From contig VRVR01000062.1 of the NCBI GenBank assembly GCA_009859145.1, forward strand, positions 89,051-153,050: 64,000 nucleotides of DNA, read 5' to 3'. Under the pieces are notes generated by a model. It was not told where the DNA came from. It saw nothing but the letters and a program-made list of their open reading frames with translations, and did not search any database. Shown one piece after another: positions 51,501 through 61,247 of the stretch (position 1 is its first letter; every line of letters begins with the position of its first letter). The position numbers and the translations under genes are program-made. Source of the stretch: Andalucia godoyi And28 (lineage: Eukaryota; Protista; Jakobida).

Positions 51501-53979
51501 TGGAGAACATTACTCTGTTGTGCGCTTGGGAATTCTTTTTCAGGACATTCCGACGTCGTTCAGCGACGGAATTCCCACCGATCATGGAGACACTTGCGGT
51601 TCCCTCGGATCCTTCTTTGTCCGTCGGCATCACCGTTGCTCTCCCTGATTTGCTCGTAGTAGCTCCGAAAGAGGATCCGATCTCACTTCCGCTGGACTCT
51701 CTTGCTGTTCTCAGTTTCCTTCCCTTTTTCGATGCCTTCCTTTGGTGGGACTGCGAGGAGTGCTGATCTTCCAGTTCTTCTGCAAGCAGCAGCAGTCGTT
51801 TTGCCTGTTGCTCATCATGCTCGACGACTTCTGCATACACAGCTGCCGCCCGGATGACGCGGACATTGGATGCATATTTCAAATGCAACTTTTTCATGAG
51901 TCTCTCGAAGGCTGTTTCATGTTGCTCAATTTCCTGGGCCACATGTGTCAGTGCCTGCACGACTCCAGTCGAATTTCCCTCGGCTTCAGAGAGCATTTTC
52001 CAGAACTTGCACTGTGCAGTCATGATGGCTCGTTTGAAATCCTCAACTTTGGACAGTTGTCTGGACAGCCATGCCGAATCCGACGTTTGCGTCCAAGAAT
52101 TGAGAGTTTCGCGAACCCTCAGCAGCCACCAAGACTCAAAGAAAAAGGACCAGCGACCAACTGCCGACCAGAATCGAAATGAAGTATCCATTCCCAGACT
52201 TCCAACTTCGACCGCTTCGGAACTGGCAGAAAACAGTCGCGAAATGGCTGTCAAGACCTGTTTTTGGCAGATTTTTGAAGACCTGCCCAAGTTCAGCAGT
52301 GTTGCGACCCGCATGCAAGTTGTTGCCACCGAGTCCGAATTCCCGTACTTCATCACGGAAATTCCTATAATTTCGGATAAATACAGACTAAGATGATTCC
52401 GTTTTTCGTCTGCATAGTGATGTTTGCAAGCAGACCTTTTCACCACATAATACACGCACTGTCGAAGACGGATCACGAACGCCCGAGGATTCCTGGACTT
52501 CCAGACAAAAAAGCGGGCAGACTCCTCGACATCCAGGGGAACATCAGCCGACGCACGTGTCCCGGACTTGGCCTCTGCCTCGGCTTGTCGGTCCTCGGGA
52601 TACGACGAATCGATTACATCGTCCAGACTGTCAGCCTCCAGATCGGATAGGTCCAGTGGTGAAACAGCCGCCGATCCGCGTCCAATGCAAAGTCTTTTTC
52701 CGGTCTCCGACGACATGCAGGTCGTCAGAAAGACCTCATTAAACTTCCACGGCTTCCAGCAAACGGCGTCCAAACAGAGCTTCGAGTGCACGATCCAGCA
52801 GACCGCAAACGCAGCAAAAAAGCAACACCCGAATAGCACAAACGGTATCTCTGGGTTCGTCACCGCAGATGATCCCCCAGGAAACGTCACAATCTCATAC
52901 GGGACTAGAAAGGACAGATAAATGCACGAGTACAGAAAAACGGTCGCAATTAACGTATTGCAGGACACGAAATCGAAGGGATATTCAATGAAAACGTAGA
53001 GGGCAGGCCCAAACTGCGAAAAGAAACCCAGCCATCCTGAATATTGGATATTTGACGGACTGGATACGTCCATGAGATGGCAGCCAAAGACGCCGAACGA
53101 CGCGATGCACATAATTCCCTCTATCGTCCGCGTTCTCATGCATGCAAAGTTGGGCAGGCATATTGGATCGGGGAAAAAGATGATCCACAGCAGGAGAATG
53201 GAGAGCCCCGAAGCGAACACCGCCACAGCCATGATGTACATGTCAATCTCTTGCTCAACGTACGCAAAATACAAAAGACACAGCTGCTGAATCGGCAGAG
53301 TTCGGGAAACAACTTTCAGAGTATAAATCAAGATTATCCGAGAGATCTTTGAAACGTCGCTTTGTTTCTGGAATGTGTAAAACAAAAGAACAAATAACAG
53401 GGCGCAAGCCCCCTGAATGCCCAAGAAGATGGAGGCGATGGCTGTTCCGTATTGCGAGACATATGCTCCAAAACAACTCTCTGACGCGGATGAAATCCAC
53501 TGTGGAAATGCCACCATTGCCCCTGCTAGCAACGTCCAGACAACCAAAAGCAGTGCGTCGAACACCGGGGAGAAAGTTCCCATCAGAGTGCTAACGGTGT
53601 GAATGTGCTCTTGAAGGGTCATTTTGCTTGGGTCCCAGACAAATCGTTCTCGCTCTATGACAGACATGGAGCCGCGTGCTTGGATTGTGAGGAAATCCTC
53701 GTCTTGCTTCTGTTTTTGCTCCTCGTTCCATTCGTCGGACGATTTGCAGAGAATGCCAAAAATAAAGGAAAAGAACGACTCTGTCCAGTACGATAAATGC
53801 CTGGAAATCCCTCCTGCAGACGAAGAACTCAAAGACAGATCGTCTGACATGGACTTTTCCTCCTGCCACGCACCCGGATCATCACTCACGGGATCATCCT
53901 GCTCACCGGAACCTCCAGAAGCACCCTGTGCTCGATACGGCGCAGCGTCGAAGGTTTCGTCGATTCCGTATCGTTTCAT
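48547..53979 (-). CDS. Multi-pass membrane TmcB/TmcC-like protein with a PAS domain and a class III adenylyl cyclase domain (~1810 aa)
   Basis: N-terminal TM block, helical segment YASNVRVIRAAAVYAEVVEHDEQQAKRLL, further TMs, PAS (ASEGFIELDKQGRIVQYNRAAEKLFGFKKSEILGEQL), cyclase (IFSDIVGFT, IKTIGDAY, RVGMHTGP, YDLFGATVNMASR). ATG at 53979. Confidence 0.92.
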   Translation of the reverse strand: MKRYGIDETFDAAPYRAQGASGGSGEQDDPVSDDPGAWQEEKSMSDDLSLSSSSAGGISRHLSYWTESFFSFIFGILCKSSDEWNEEQKQKQDEDFLTIQARGSMSVIERERFVWDPSKMTLQEHIHTVSTLMGTFSPVFDALLLVVWTLLAGAMVAFPQWISSASESCFGAYVSQYGTAIASIFLGIQGACALLFVLLFYTFQKQSDVSKISRIILIYTLKVVSRTLPIQQLCLLYFAYVEQEIDMYIMAVAVFASGLSILLLWIIFFPDPICLPNFACMRTRTIEGIMCIASFGVFGCHLMDVSSPSNIQYSGWLGFFSQFGPALYVFIEYPFDFVSCNTLIATVFLYSCIYLSFLVPYEIVTFPGGSSAVTNPEIPFVLFGCCFFAAFAVCWIVHSKLCLDAVCWKPWKFNEVFLTTCMSSETGKRLCIGRGSAAVSPLDLSDLEADSLDDVIDSSYPEDRQAEAEAKSGTRASADVPLDVEESARFFVWKSRNPRAFVIRLRQCVYYVVKRSACKHHYADEKRNHLSLYLSEIIGISVMKYGNSDSVATTCMRVATLLNLGRSSKICQKQVLTAISRLFSASSEAVEVGSLGMDTSFRFWSAVGRWSFFFESWWLLRVRETLNSWTQTSDSAWLSRQLSKVEDFKRAIMTAQCKFWKMLSEAEGNSTGVVQALTHVAQEIEQHETAFERLMKKLHLKYASNVRVIRAAAVYAEVVEHDEQQAKRLLLLAEELEDQHSSQSHQRKASKKGRKLRTARESSGSEIGSSFGATTSKSGRATVMPTDKEGSEGTASVSMIGGNSVAERRRNVLKKNSQAHNRVMFSMVFIIAILFIVSCVLFGIFMATVTPPFRAPQPGKGLETSLTFNLLQSVLLKTPLSHATFVFDTLHYQVLQNLSTTQVVAAFKEAEDAYDDFVFRLSEFADRTNPSESLRKVLTDQMSHFSVPYQNTSAADPQSSFVIATERFDLFRGMEQIKDLQSGTLECVSAFVQGTTTDVFAKPATACSLMYYELAFNSITQGIDNWENVVNQLAKEFQDDVQQRETSLHIVAGVVSAVIFLVFVLLFVPSIIVLQRERSSISRLFLLVPKRTASELSRAAQSKMNQGASGHVASPVTSIGMRAKAGVSPHVVFFFVMLGSVVILGLLAQLNVVIFRFYISDLKEIEAEVHIFEDVHQHFWEMAGLVQAAFVADPLYLRTVGTTPEELIAEAMDLTREVTYHWNEILFGTKQVTTKPSLKSEGIPLTGCAYRSPKFSEILVEGTPQSQLSSTSPCYGGVYSKELVNASQAFEERQCAPMTFVIFQMLGDIMQIEQLSPAYWRMEPAPAAFVDYRIRVQYEISYQFLAFYKVYESYYNSRVSTYRNWTIALFVIDLAAIFVFSFFILFPSLSKLKRENVRNRKMLLLLPEDVIEKVTAIRAFLEENRQVDDKEIQETVREREEKMQNILACASEGFIELDKQGRIVQYNRAAEKLFGFKKSEILGEQLTRLFEEKEVEVIRKALEECQKKLSNKNQFSGSTEATTNVEELNVVCNKRDSALMNLHISLSVFAMGPDVVSTLFIRDVTEDKKQQALLAKERAKSISLLLSIFPHHIAQKLLKQQDELDVASTSMSYNAIIENVPQATVIFSDIVGFTEMSGTMEAKKVVDMLGQLFSRYDDAASKWRVTNIKTIGDAYMAVCGLAVEGEADPSGLRVVGKQYNQVECSMEFAKEMIEIAKSMNIRIRVGMHTGPLLAAVLPTKKKIYDLFGATVNMASRAESTGVPMSIQLTRPAYEQVFDKYSFVERKVHVKGVGESHMYLFGSSDESDKHG

Positions 53980-55005
53980 TTTCAGACAAAGAAGAGAAGA
54001 GAAGAGAAGTGAAAGCGCAGCAAAGATGATAAAAGGGTTTTCTCTTGTTTTTTCTTTTTTCAGTAAATTTAAAACAAAAAACAAAAACAAAAACCCAAAA
54101 AAAAAAAACCATAACAGAGAAAACAAATGGAAAAATGATAAGGAAAAAATCCGCGAGCACCGGCAAACGCACAGAACGAGGACCATTCAAACTGCTGTAA
54201 GTCTTTTCGGTTTTCCCTGTTTCCCCGCTCGCCAAACCCTTGAATCATTATTGATCGTCATCGGCTACGCTGTCCCCGGAGACAGATCCAAGGACACATG
54301 TTTTTTTATTATTATTAATTTGGAGCGAGCACCAACTCTTCGATGCAGGTTGCTCTGCATTACAGGATCATCGCAACCAACATATTCACCAATCGGTTCA
54401 ACGCTCAAAAAATAAAAAAATGAACGCTGGAGAAAACAAAATGTGGTTGGCGATGTTGCACATCGCATGCGCAATTCTCTGACGACGCCTTTTGCCTTTG
54501 CTCCTTCTTGTTCTCTGTCTTGAAAAAGCGCATTCCGAACGCAAATCGACGACACCTTCATGATTGGATAATCATCAGCTTGCTCAGAAAGCAGCGACGA
54601 GAGGGGAATCAACGGGCTTCTTGGTTCTAGGCATCTTTGGGCATGGCCGGTCTGAGTTTGTCGGGAAGATTACCCTTTGGAGCCATGGGATGCTTTGTCT
54701 CTGACGAGGTGCTGCTTGAGGGTTCGATTATAAAAACCCAGACAGACAGAAAAACAAGTGAAGAATGAAGAAATTCCAGACTTGACGACGGTAAGAAAAT
54801 CGTGTGGTGTTGTTGAGTCATGAATGCACGATGGGACTCAAGAGGAGTCGTGTCGACTTTCGACTTTTCCTCAAAGACCCTTCTCGCAAAGGAAGAGAAT
54901 AGAAGACAGAAAAGAAGTAATAAAAATGAAGACCGAGTGAGGGAAAAGGGGGTGCGTAGTACTGTACGATTCCGCTCTATTTTGTTCACAGCGTACTCGA
55001 CGACA

Positions 55006-57210
55006 ATGACGTCGAGTCTTCTCATCTTCCGGACAAATGCGCCTCTGGCGTTGGCGATGGCGTTGTTGTCGACGCTGTCGCTGCTGTCGTTGCTCCGGTT
55101 CACACGCGGATCGGCGAGCGTACGACCAGATGACGTTCTTTATTGGGGATCGTACAGACCCCAAGTGTACTTTGGCATGCGGAACAGAGACTCGGAAGGA
55201 AATGGCGTGTCCACGGGATTGATGTGGCAGCGAAACCGCTATTCAGCGATCCACGACACGTGCTCAGATTCCGCAAGCATTCGATATGGCTGGAAAAAAC
55301 ACGACGGGGCGTCGTTCGGTGTTCAAGACATCGTTGACGCCGAGTGGAAGAACAGACCATTGGCGATTGCGACGTCGTTTATCAAAACGATGCCCGCTGC
55401 CTCTCTCTCCACACCGAAGACCATTGCTGTTTCAACTGAGGGGGTGTCGTCAATAGCTGCCTCTCAACCTCTGGAAAATGGTGCTGGAGATGTCGAGACT
55501 TCCCCGTTTCTGAACGACGTTTCGTGGCTCAATTATTTTGCGACAAATGATTCATCTATCCTCTATTACTACATGTGGGTGGAGGATGGCCATAGTATCA
55601 AGATCTCCCATTCCAAGAGCCAGTACTCGGCGCTGGTGGACTCTGTTGCACAGCTGTATGTTGATGGAGAGTCTGCGACGTCCTTCTGGGCAGTGCGTGT
55701 GAATCATGTTGCACGTGATGCATTTCGAGTTTCTCAGGTCATATTTAATCACATCATGCAGCACGAGACCGGCAGGCTTCCGAACAAGGTGATGAAGAGC
55801 GCGAACTTGGTGGTCTTTCAGAAGGTCTGCGATGGTCCGTGCACCTGGACAACAGGTTTGCGGGGACTGGCGACGTTTCGCACTTCAAAACCAAAGATCG
55901 CTTTCCCTTCGCACATGGAATACGGAAGCCTGCTGAATCGCCGCATACAGAATTTCGACCGGTTATTTGGCAAGACGTTCCGTGCAGCCAATAATGTGTT
56001 GTTTCAGCCGATGTTGGAATACGCATTTTCCAACTTGATTGGAGGGATGGGGTACTTTTACGGAACGTACTTTCTCAAAGACGGTCGTTCTCCTGGAGGC
56101 ATGCGGGAAGTCGGCCCCACCGATCTGTTCACTGCAGTCCCGTCGAGGTCGTTCTTTCCTCGCGGATTTTTGTGGGACGAGGGCTTCATGCAGTTGCTTG
56201 TCGCCTCGTGGAATCCTCAGCTGTCCTATGCGTCCATTAGTGGATGGCTGCAAAAGATGGATGCAGACGGCTGGATCCCGCGTGAGCAAATTTTAGGGGA
56301 CGAAGCGCGTTCTCGTGTTCCAATGGAATTTGTTCCGCAGGATAAGACCCACGTCAATCCTCCGACGTTTTTCCTCTGGCTGGAGTTTCTTCTGGACCAC
56401 GGTTCTCGTGACGACGATCAAGATCAGTTTCTGGCGTTTGCCACACCTCTGCTGCAGCGGCACTACAATTACATTCGGACTTCGCAACGCAATCCTATGG
56501 ACTGGGGATATCAGTGGCAGGGGCGCACTCCAGATCACTTGCTGGCGTCCGGCTTTGATGATTATCCACGCTCAGACGGGCTGGACGAGGAGAACGATCG
56601 TCATTTGGATCTGATTTGTTGGCTGTATATGGCAGCTCGGTCGTTGGATCGTTTGGAAAATCGTACTCGAAGCGGATCCGTGGCTGGCGAGTATCGAGCA
56701 CACATGCAAGAGTATCTGGATGAACTTTCGTCGTACTACTGGAACAAGGATTTTGGGATGCATACGGACTGGAACTCCACGCACATCGGATACGTCACTC
56801 TCTTCCCTCTTATTGCCGGTATTCTGGATGCCTCTTCCCGCGAATTTGATACAATTCTGAAACTGATCCGATCGGAAGACTATTTGTGGACGCCATTCGG
56901 CCTTGCCTCGCTTGCTCGCAACGATCGGCTCTTTCAGAGCGGCGAGAACTACTGGCGTGGATCGATCTGGATCAATGTGCAGTACCTTGTCCTGCGCTCT
57001 CTTCATCGAAATTACGTGTCCGTTTCACGTGCTGCCAAGATTTTGTATCACGAACTGCGTGGAAATGTCTTGCATAATTTGGCAAATGAGTTTTCTGCTA
57101 CCGGATTTTTATGGGAGCAGTATCATCCTCTCACAGGTCGCGGACTTCGATCACGACCGTTTACTGGATGGACGTCGCTTGTTGTCTTGATCCACGCCGA
57201 ACTTTATTAA
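55006..57210 (+). CDS. MOGS: Mannosyl-oligosaccharide glucosidase I (GH63), ~734 aa
   Basis: Signal anchor, WGSYRPQVYFGMR, YGWKKHDG, FSNLIGGMGYFYG, LFTAVPSRSFFPRGFLWDEGF, GWIPREQILG.EARS.VP.EF, LASGFDDYPR, YWRGSIWIN, GFLWEQY, FTGWTSL. Confidence 0.97.
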   Translation: MTSSLLIFRTNAPLALAMALLSTLSLLSLLRFTRGSASVRPDDVLYWGSYRPQVYFGMRNRDSEGNGVSTGLMWQRNRYSAIHDTCSDSASIRYGWKKHDGASFGVQDIVDAEWKNRPLAIATSFIKTMPAASLSTPKTIAVSTEGVSSIAASQPLENGAGDVETSPFLNDVSWLNYFATNDSSILYYYMWVEDGHSIKISHSKSQYSALVDSVAQLYVDGESATSFWAVRVNHVARDAFRVSQVIFNHIMQHETGRLPNKVMKSANLVVFQKVCDGPCTWTTGLRGLATFRTSKPKIAFPSHMEYGSLLNRRIQNFDRLFGKTFRAANNVLFQPMLEYAFSNLIGGMGYFYGTYFLKDGRSPGGMREVGPTDLFTAVPSRSFFPRGFLWDEGFMQLLVASWNPQLSYASISGWLQKMDADGWIPREQILGDEARSRVPMEFVPQDKTHVNPPTFFLWLEFLLDHGSRDDDQDQFLAFATPLLQRHYNYIRTSQRNPMDWGYQWQGRTPDHLLASGFDDYPRSDGLDEENDRHLDLICWLYMAARSLDRLENRTRSGSVAGEYRAHMQEYLDELSSYYWNKDFGMHTDWNSTHIGYVTLFPLIAGILDASSREFDTILKLIRSEDYLWTPFGLASLARNDRLFQSGENYWRGSIWINVQYLVLRSLHRNYVSVSRAAKILYHELRGNVLHNLANEFSATGFLWEQYHPLTGRGLRSRPFTGWTSLVVLIHAELY

Positions 57211-57543
57211 ATTATGAATCCATTATTGTTTATTTAAAAACAAAACAGAAAACAACCAACCAACCAAACAACCAACCAATCAACCAAACAAACAAGCAAA
57301 CAAAAAAAGGTGGCCAGAACGAAGGAAAAGATGCACCAATATTATTTTTATTTCTTGTGAATGCAACGCCGTGAGAAGCAGATGGATGGTGGGAGGACAC
57401 TCTTCATGAAGTCATTGGCCGCCGACAAGCACTCGCCAAAAAACACAGAAAGCGAAGGAAGGAAAGAAGGAAGAAAGGGAAAAAATATTAAAAAGTGGTA
57501 AAAATGAAAATGTCATGTGAGAACGAACAACTTTGCCAATCTG

Positions 57544-57729
57544 TCAGTGGCTGGCAGAGAGCTCACGAAGACGGTCATCGCGTCTTCGCAAAGCATGATT
57601 GAATTCATCTTGGGCAACTGGCTTGGTCTTGCCTCCATTTGCTAAGCTCCAAACCTTGGCAGGCAACACACCCATGCCAGCCACTGCAAATACAATAATG
57701 GCAAACGCCGGGATAGACTGATAACTCAT
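57544..57729 (-). CDS. NDUFA1: Mitochondrial complex I accessory subunit NDUFA1 (MWFE), 61 aa
   Basis: MSYQSIPAFAIIVFAVAGMG....VWSLANGGKTKPVAQDEFNHALRRRDDRL parallels MWFEILPG.....NGGK.KR......L..RD.R. Confidence 0.8.
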   Translation of the reverse strand: MSYQSIPAFAIIVFAVAGMGVLPAKVWSLANGGKTKPVAQDEFNHALRRRDDRLRELSASH

Positions 57730-58162
57730 TTCTCTGCGCGATGCCGTGTACGCCACTACGACTTTTCGGTTTTGATACGCTGGGGAGAAATACGAAAGCA
57801 ACAACTAGGCACAACAACAATGAGGAATCAATGGCCGGTAATTGCAACAGAGGAAAACCAAACCAAAATTAATATTAACAAAAAACAAAGGATCGCATAA
57901 AACAAAAAACTCAAATTGACGCATGACGCGTGATGCAAGACCAACTGCATTCCCTCCCCCCCCAACTTGGCTTTTCGCTCTGCATGCCCGAAACTCGCGT
58001 TTATTGCCAGATGGGAGTTCTACCTTTTCCCTGTCTCTTCCTTTCCTCGTTCCTCTCTCTTTCGTTCTCTTTTTTTCCCCCTCCTCCTTTCTCCATTGTT
58101 CCATTGGGTTTCCGGTCATATTGTTGTTTTTGTTTTTCTGAAAGAGTGTTTTTCTTCGTATC

Positions 58163-59179
58163 ATGTTCCGTGGAAGCAGAGGCGGCGGAGATCGCGGTGG
58201 CGGATTTGTACGCGGTGGCGACCGTGGCGGCTTTGGAGGCCGAGGCGGTGGATTTGGAGGCCGTGGTGGTGGCGACCGTGGTGGCTTTGGAGGCCGAGGC
58301 GGCGGATTTGGAGGCCGTGGAGGCGGAGACCGCGGAGGCTTTGGAGGCCGAGGGGGAGATCGCGGTGGTCGTGGTGGCCGCGGAGGCGGATTTGGCGGAC
58401 GAGGCGGCGGACGCGGTGGTGGACGCGGTGGTGGACGCGGAGGAATGGGAGGTGGAGCCAAGGTTATGGTCGAGCCGCACAGACACTCCGGAGTTTTCAT
58501 TGCCCGCGGAAAGGAAGATTCTCTCGTCACAAAGAACATGGTCACCGGTGTTTCGGTGTATGGCGAAAAGCGAATTGCCGTTGATGATCCTGCCACGGGA
58601 GAGAAGGTCGAGTACCGTGTGTGGAATCCGTTCCGCTCCAAAGTTGCTGCTGCAATTTTGGGCGGTGTAGATAACATCTTCATTGGACCTGGTACCAAGC
58701 TTCTGTACTTGGGTGCCGCTTCCGGTACTACTGTTTCACACTGTTCCGACATTGTTGGACCTGAAGGAGTTGTGTATGCAGTGGAGTTTTCCCATCGGTC
58801 CGGCCGCGACCTAATTGAGATGGCGAAGAAGAGACCAAACATTGTTCCCATCATTGAAGACGCCAGACATCCTCTGCGATACCGCATGCTTGTCGGGATG
58901 GTTGACACAGTGTTTGCCGATGTTGCACAGCCGGATCAGGCACGTATTGTTGCGTTGAATTCTCAGTACTTCTTGAAGCAGGGAGGACACTGCGTCATTT
59001 CCATCAAGGCAAATTGCATCGACTCGACGGTGCCCGCCGCACACGTGTTCGCCAAGGAAATCAAGAAGCTGCAAGAGGAGAAGTTCAAGCCTCTTGAGCA
59101 ACTCACTCTTGAGCCGTACGAAAGAGACCACGCAGTGGTTGTTGCTGTTTATCGATCAACAGGGGGTGCAAAGAAGTAG
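58163..59179 (+). CDS. FBL: Fibrillarin (rRNA 2'-O-methyltransferase), 338 aa
   Basis: RGG-rich GAR N-terminus; [81 protein letters not shown]. Confidence 0.99.
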   Translation: MFRGSRGGGDRGGGFVRGGDRGGFGGRGGGFGGRGGGDRGGFGGRGGGFGGRGGGDRGGFGGRGGDRGGRGGRGGGFGGRGGGRGGGRGGGRGGMGGGAKVMVEPHRHSGVFIARGKEDSLVTKNMVTGVSVYGEKRIAVDDPATGEKVEYRVWNPFRSKVAAAILGGVDNIFIGPGTKLLYLGAASGTTVSHCSDIVGPEGVVYAVEFSHRSGRDLIEMAKKRPNIVPIIEDARHPLRYRMLVGMVDTVFADVAQPDQARIVALNSQYFLKQGGHCVISIKANCIDSTVPAAHVFAKEIKKLQEEKFKPLEQLTLEPYERDHAVVVAVYRSTGGAKK

Positions 59180-59322
59180 ATTCAATAAATCAATGAATGT
59201 CCCCGTTTTCTTCCCTTCGCCTTCTTCCTCCCTCTTTTCTTCTCGTCGTCGTCTTCCTCTTTCGAGCACTCGGGTTGGGTTATTGTTGGCTCTTTATCTC
59301 AGTTTTCACTTGTACAAATAAA

Positions 59323-59390
<68 letters not shown>
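59323..59390 (+). repeat. (AAT)n microsatellite, about 22 units
   Basis: Read directly, between the convergent fibrillarin and SWC4 3' ends. Confidence 0.97.
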
Positions 59391-59391
<1 letters not shown>

Positions 59392-59412
59392 GAATGAATC
59401 ACGCATCGCGCA

Positions 59413-60852
59413 TCACGCATCGTCATTCAACAGACGTTTCCTCTTGGAGGACAAGGGACCAGGTGCATCCAAGTCATCGAAAGCAGAAGAAGATGCGATG
59501 GACAATGATCGCTTCATCCCGCCAGAACGCGTTTCCGTGATCGAACCGGAGTGCTGGCGCTTGCGATTCAGTTTCTTTTGCATTTCCGAGTACTCCGCAA
59601 GAAGCAAGCGGAGTTTGTCATATGCAACTGCATTGCGGATGGAAGGAACCCAATACTCGAAGTTATTTTCCCATTCCACACGCCCATCTTTTCCAGTGCT
59701 TGTATCGATCACAGGAAGAGTGTACTCGGGAAAGTACACCTTGAACTTCTCCAGCTTCTCGGTGATGCGGCTGCTCAGGCTTGCACTGGACGTAATGGAT
59801 TGCAAAAAGCGTTTGCGGAGAGAGACAATCGCCGCCATGGAGGCCAGAGGCCCAGAGGCACGTGCCACCTCGAAGTCGTCGCGCATCCTTTCCAGCAGCT
59901 TTGATCGATCCTTTTCCATTTCCAATTGAACCGAACGCACTCTTTCGGAACGTCGCTTCTCTTCTTCCTCGCGTTTCTGACGCGTCTTTTCCTCCTCTTC
60001 TGCAGCAATCTTTTCGAAACATTCAATCCGTCGCTGCTGTTCCAGGCGTTTTCTCTTGATATTTTCAATGGTTTTCAGCTTGTCGCGGATATCAAACTCT
60101 TCATCCTCTAGTTCGCGAGATCTTGCATAGAAGGACCGAAGCATTTCTTTCCGCTTTCGCTCACCGGTCAAATCAAACGTGTCCGACACTTGCCTCCACG
60201 GGTGGCTTGCATCCGGAATGAGCATTCTGCACAGTGCGAGAAACAACCCTTGACAGTCTTCCACACTCTGCCCAACACTCTCCGCTATCACGGGAAATGA
60301 CAAGTGATAACGGAAACACAGGCCCACAAAATCTGATATATCGGCCTCCGTCTCGATCCACGGAAACGACGATAAGGCCTCGGCTTTCTTTCTTGTACCG
60401 GGCGTCATTTCCGAAGGAAATGCCGCCGCAACCGCCTCGCTCGAGGTGAAGGGGATCTTGACACTCCTGGAGAACTTTGCATAGGGAAACGGACATGCCG
60501 ACACGCCTTCAATTTCGCCGGCAGCTCCCGCCGTATGCTCCGGTATGGCTACCTCGATCGCATCCACAGAAGCAGAAGCAGCAGACGAAGAAAGAGACCG
60601 CGCAGGCTTCGCAACAAGAGACTGATCTTCCCGTTCCCATCGCACCAGCAGCAATTTATCGGATCGGGCGGGGTTCACGTACTGCACGAGTCCCCAATGC
60701 TTCGGCTTCTTTTCTCGGAACTCCTCGATCACCGACTTGGTTATCTTGTTTTCCAACCTGTGCGAAGCAGTATCGGACTCTGCATTGGCGTGCCGAACGT
60801 CGATTCCCAGGCTTTGGGACGATTCGAGAAGCTGAAACACTTCGCGTTTCAT
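59413..60852 (-). CDS. DMAP1: DMAP1/SWC4/EAF2 (NuA4/SWR1 SANT-domain subunit), 479 aa
   Basis: WGLVQYVNPARSD.L.LVRW, FPYAKFSRSVKIP, SANT-like W.ETE...F..LC.RY.L.F.VI, ERKRKEML..FY.R. Confidence 0.82.
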   Translation of the reverse strand: MKREVFQLLESSQSLGIDVRHANAESDTASHRLENKITKSVIEEFREKKPKHWGLVQYVNPARSDKLLLVRWEREDQSLVAKPARSLSSSAASASVDAIEVAIPEHTAGAAGEIEGVSACPFPYAKFSRSVKIPFTSSEAVAAAFPSEMTPGTRKKAEALSSFPWIETEADISDFVGLCFRYHLSFPVIAESVGQSVEDCQGLFLALCRMLIPDASHPWRQVSDTFDLTGERKRKEMLRSFYARSRELEDEEFDIRDKLKTIENIKRKRLEQQRRIECFEKIAAEEEEKTRQKREEEEKRRSERVRSVQLEMEKDRSKLLERMRDDFEVARASGPLASMAAIVSLRKRFLQSITSSASLSSRITEKLEKFKVYFPEYTLPVIDTSTGKDGRVEWENNFEYWVPSIRNAVAYDKLRLLLAEYSEMQKKLNRKRQHSGSITETRSGGMKRSLSIASSSAFDDLDAPGPLSSKRKRLLNDDA

Positions 60853-61247
60853 GCTGTATTCTTTTTGTTGAGGAGCTCTGGTTGTTGGACTCGTTGTTGT
60901 CGTCTTGTACTCCGATTTCCTTGCAGGTTTTTACTTTTTGATCTGCTGCCTCTTTTTTATTTTTTATTTTTTATTATTTTTGCTTATGTGCTTCCTGTAA
61001 AAAAAACAAAACTGCACTAGTACACGGGTCATTTCACGGAAGTATCACATGATGCTTCGCGGAAGCGCGATGGCAGCTGCGTGACGCCTTAGGCCCTCAA
61101 GGCCATCATGCCCATCATCAGCTGGACTGCTGTTTCCCTAGACTTGAGAAGGATTGCCTAAAACATACTGCGCTGAGTTAAGGTTAAGGAAAAGAGAAGG
61201 AAAAGGAAAAGAAAAGGAAAAAGAAAGAAAGAAAGAAAAATAGGTAA

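Noticed and set aside
57805-58908. 367-aa Pro/Arg-rich minus-strand ORF and other long antisense ORFs over GC-rich genes
   Set aside because: These are shadow frames of fibrillarin and other well-supported genes.
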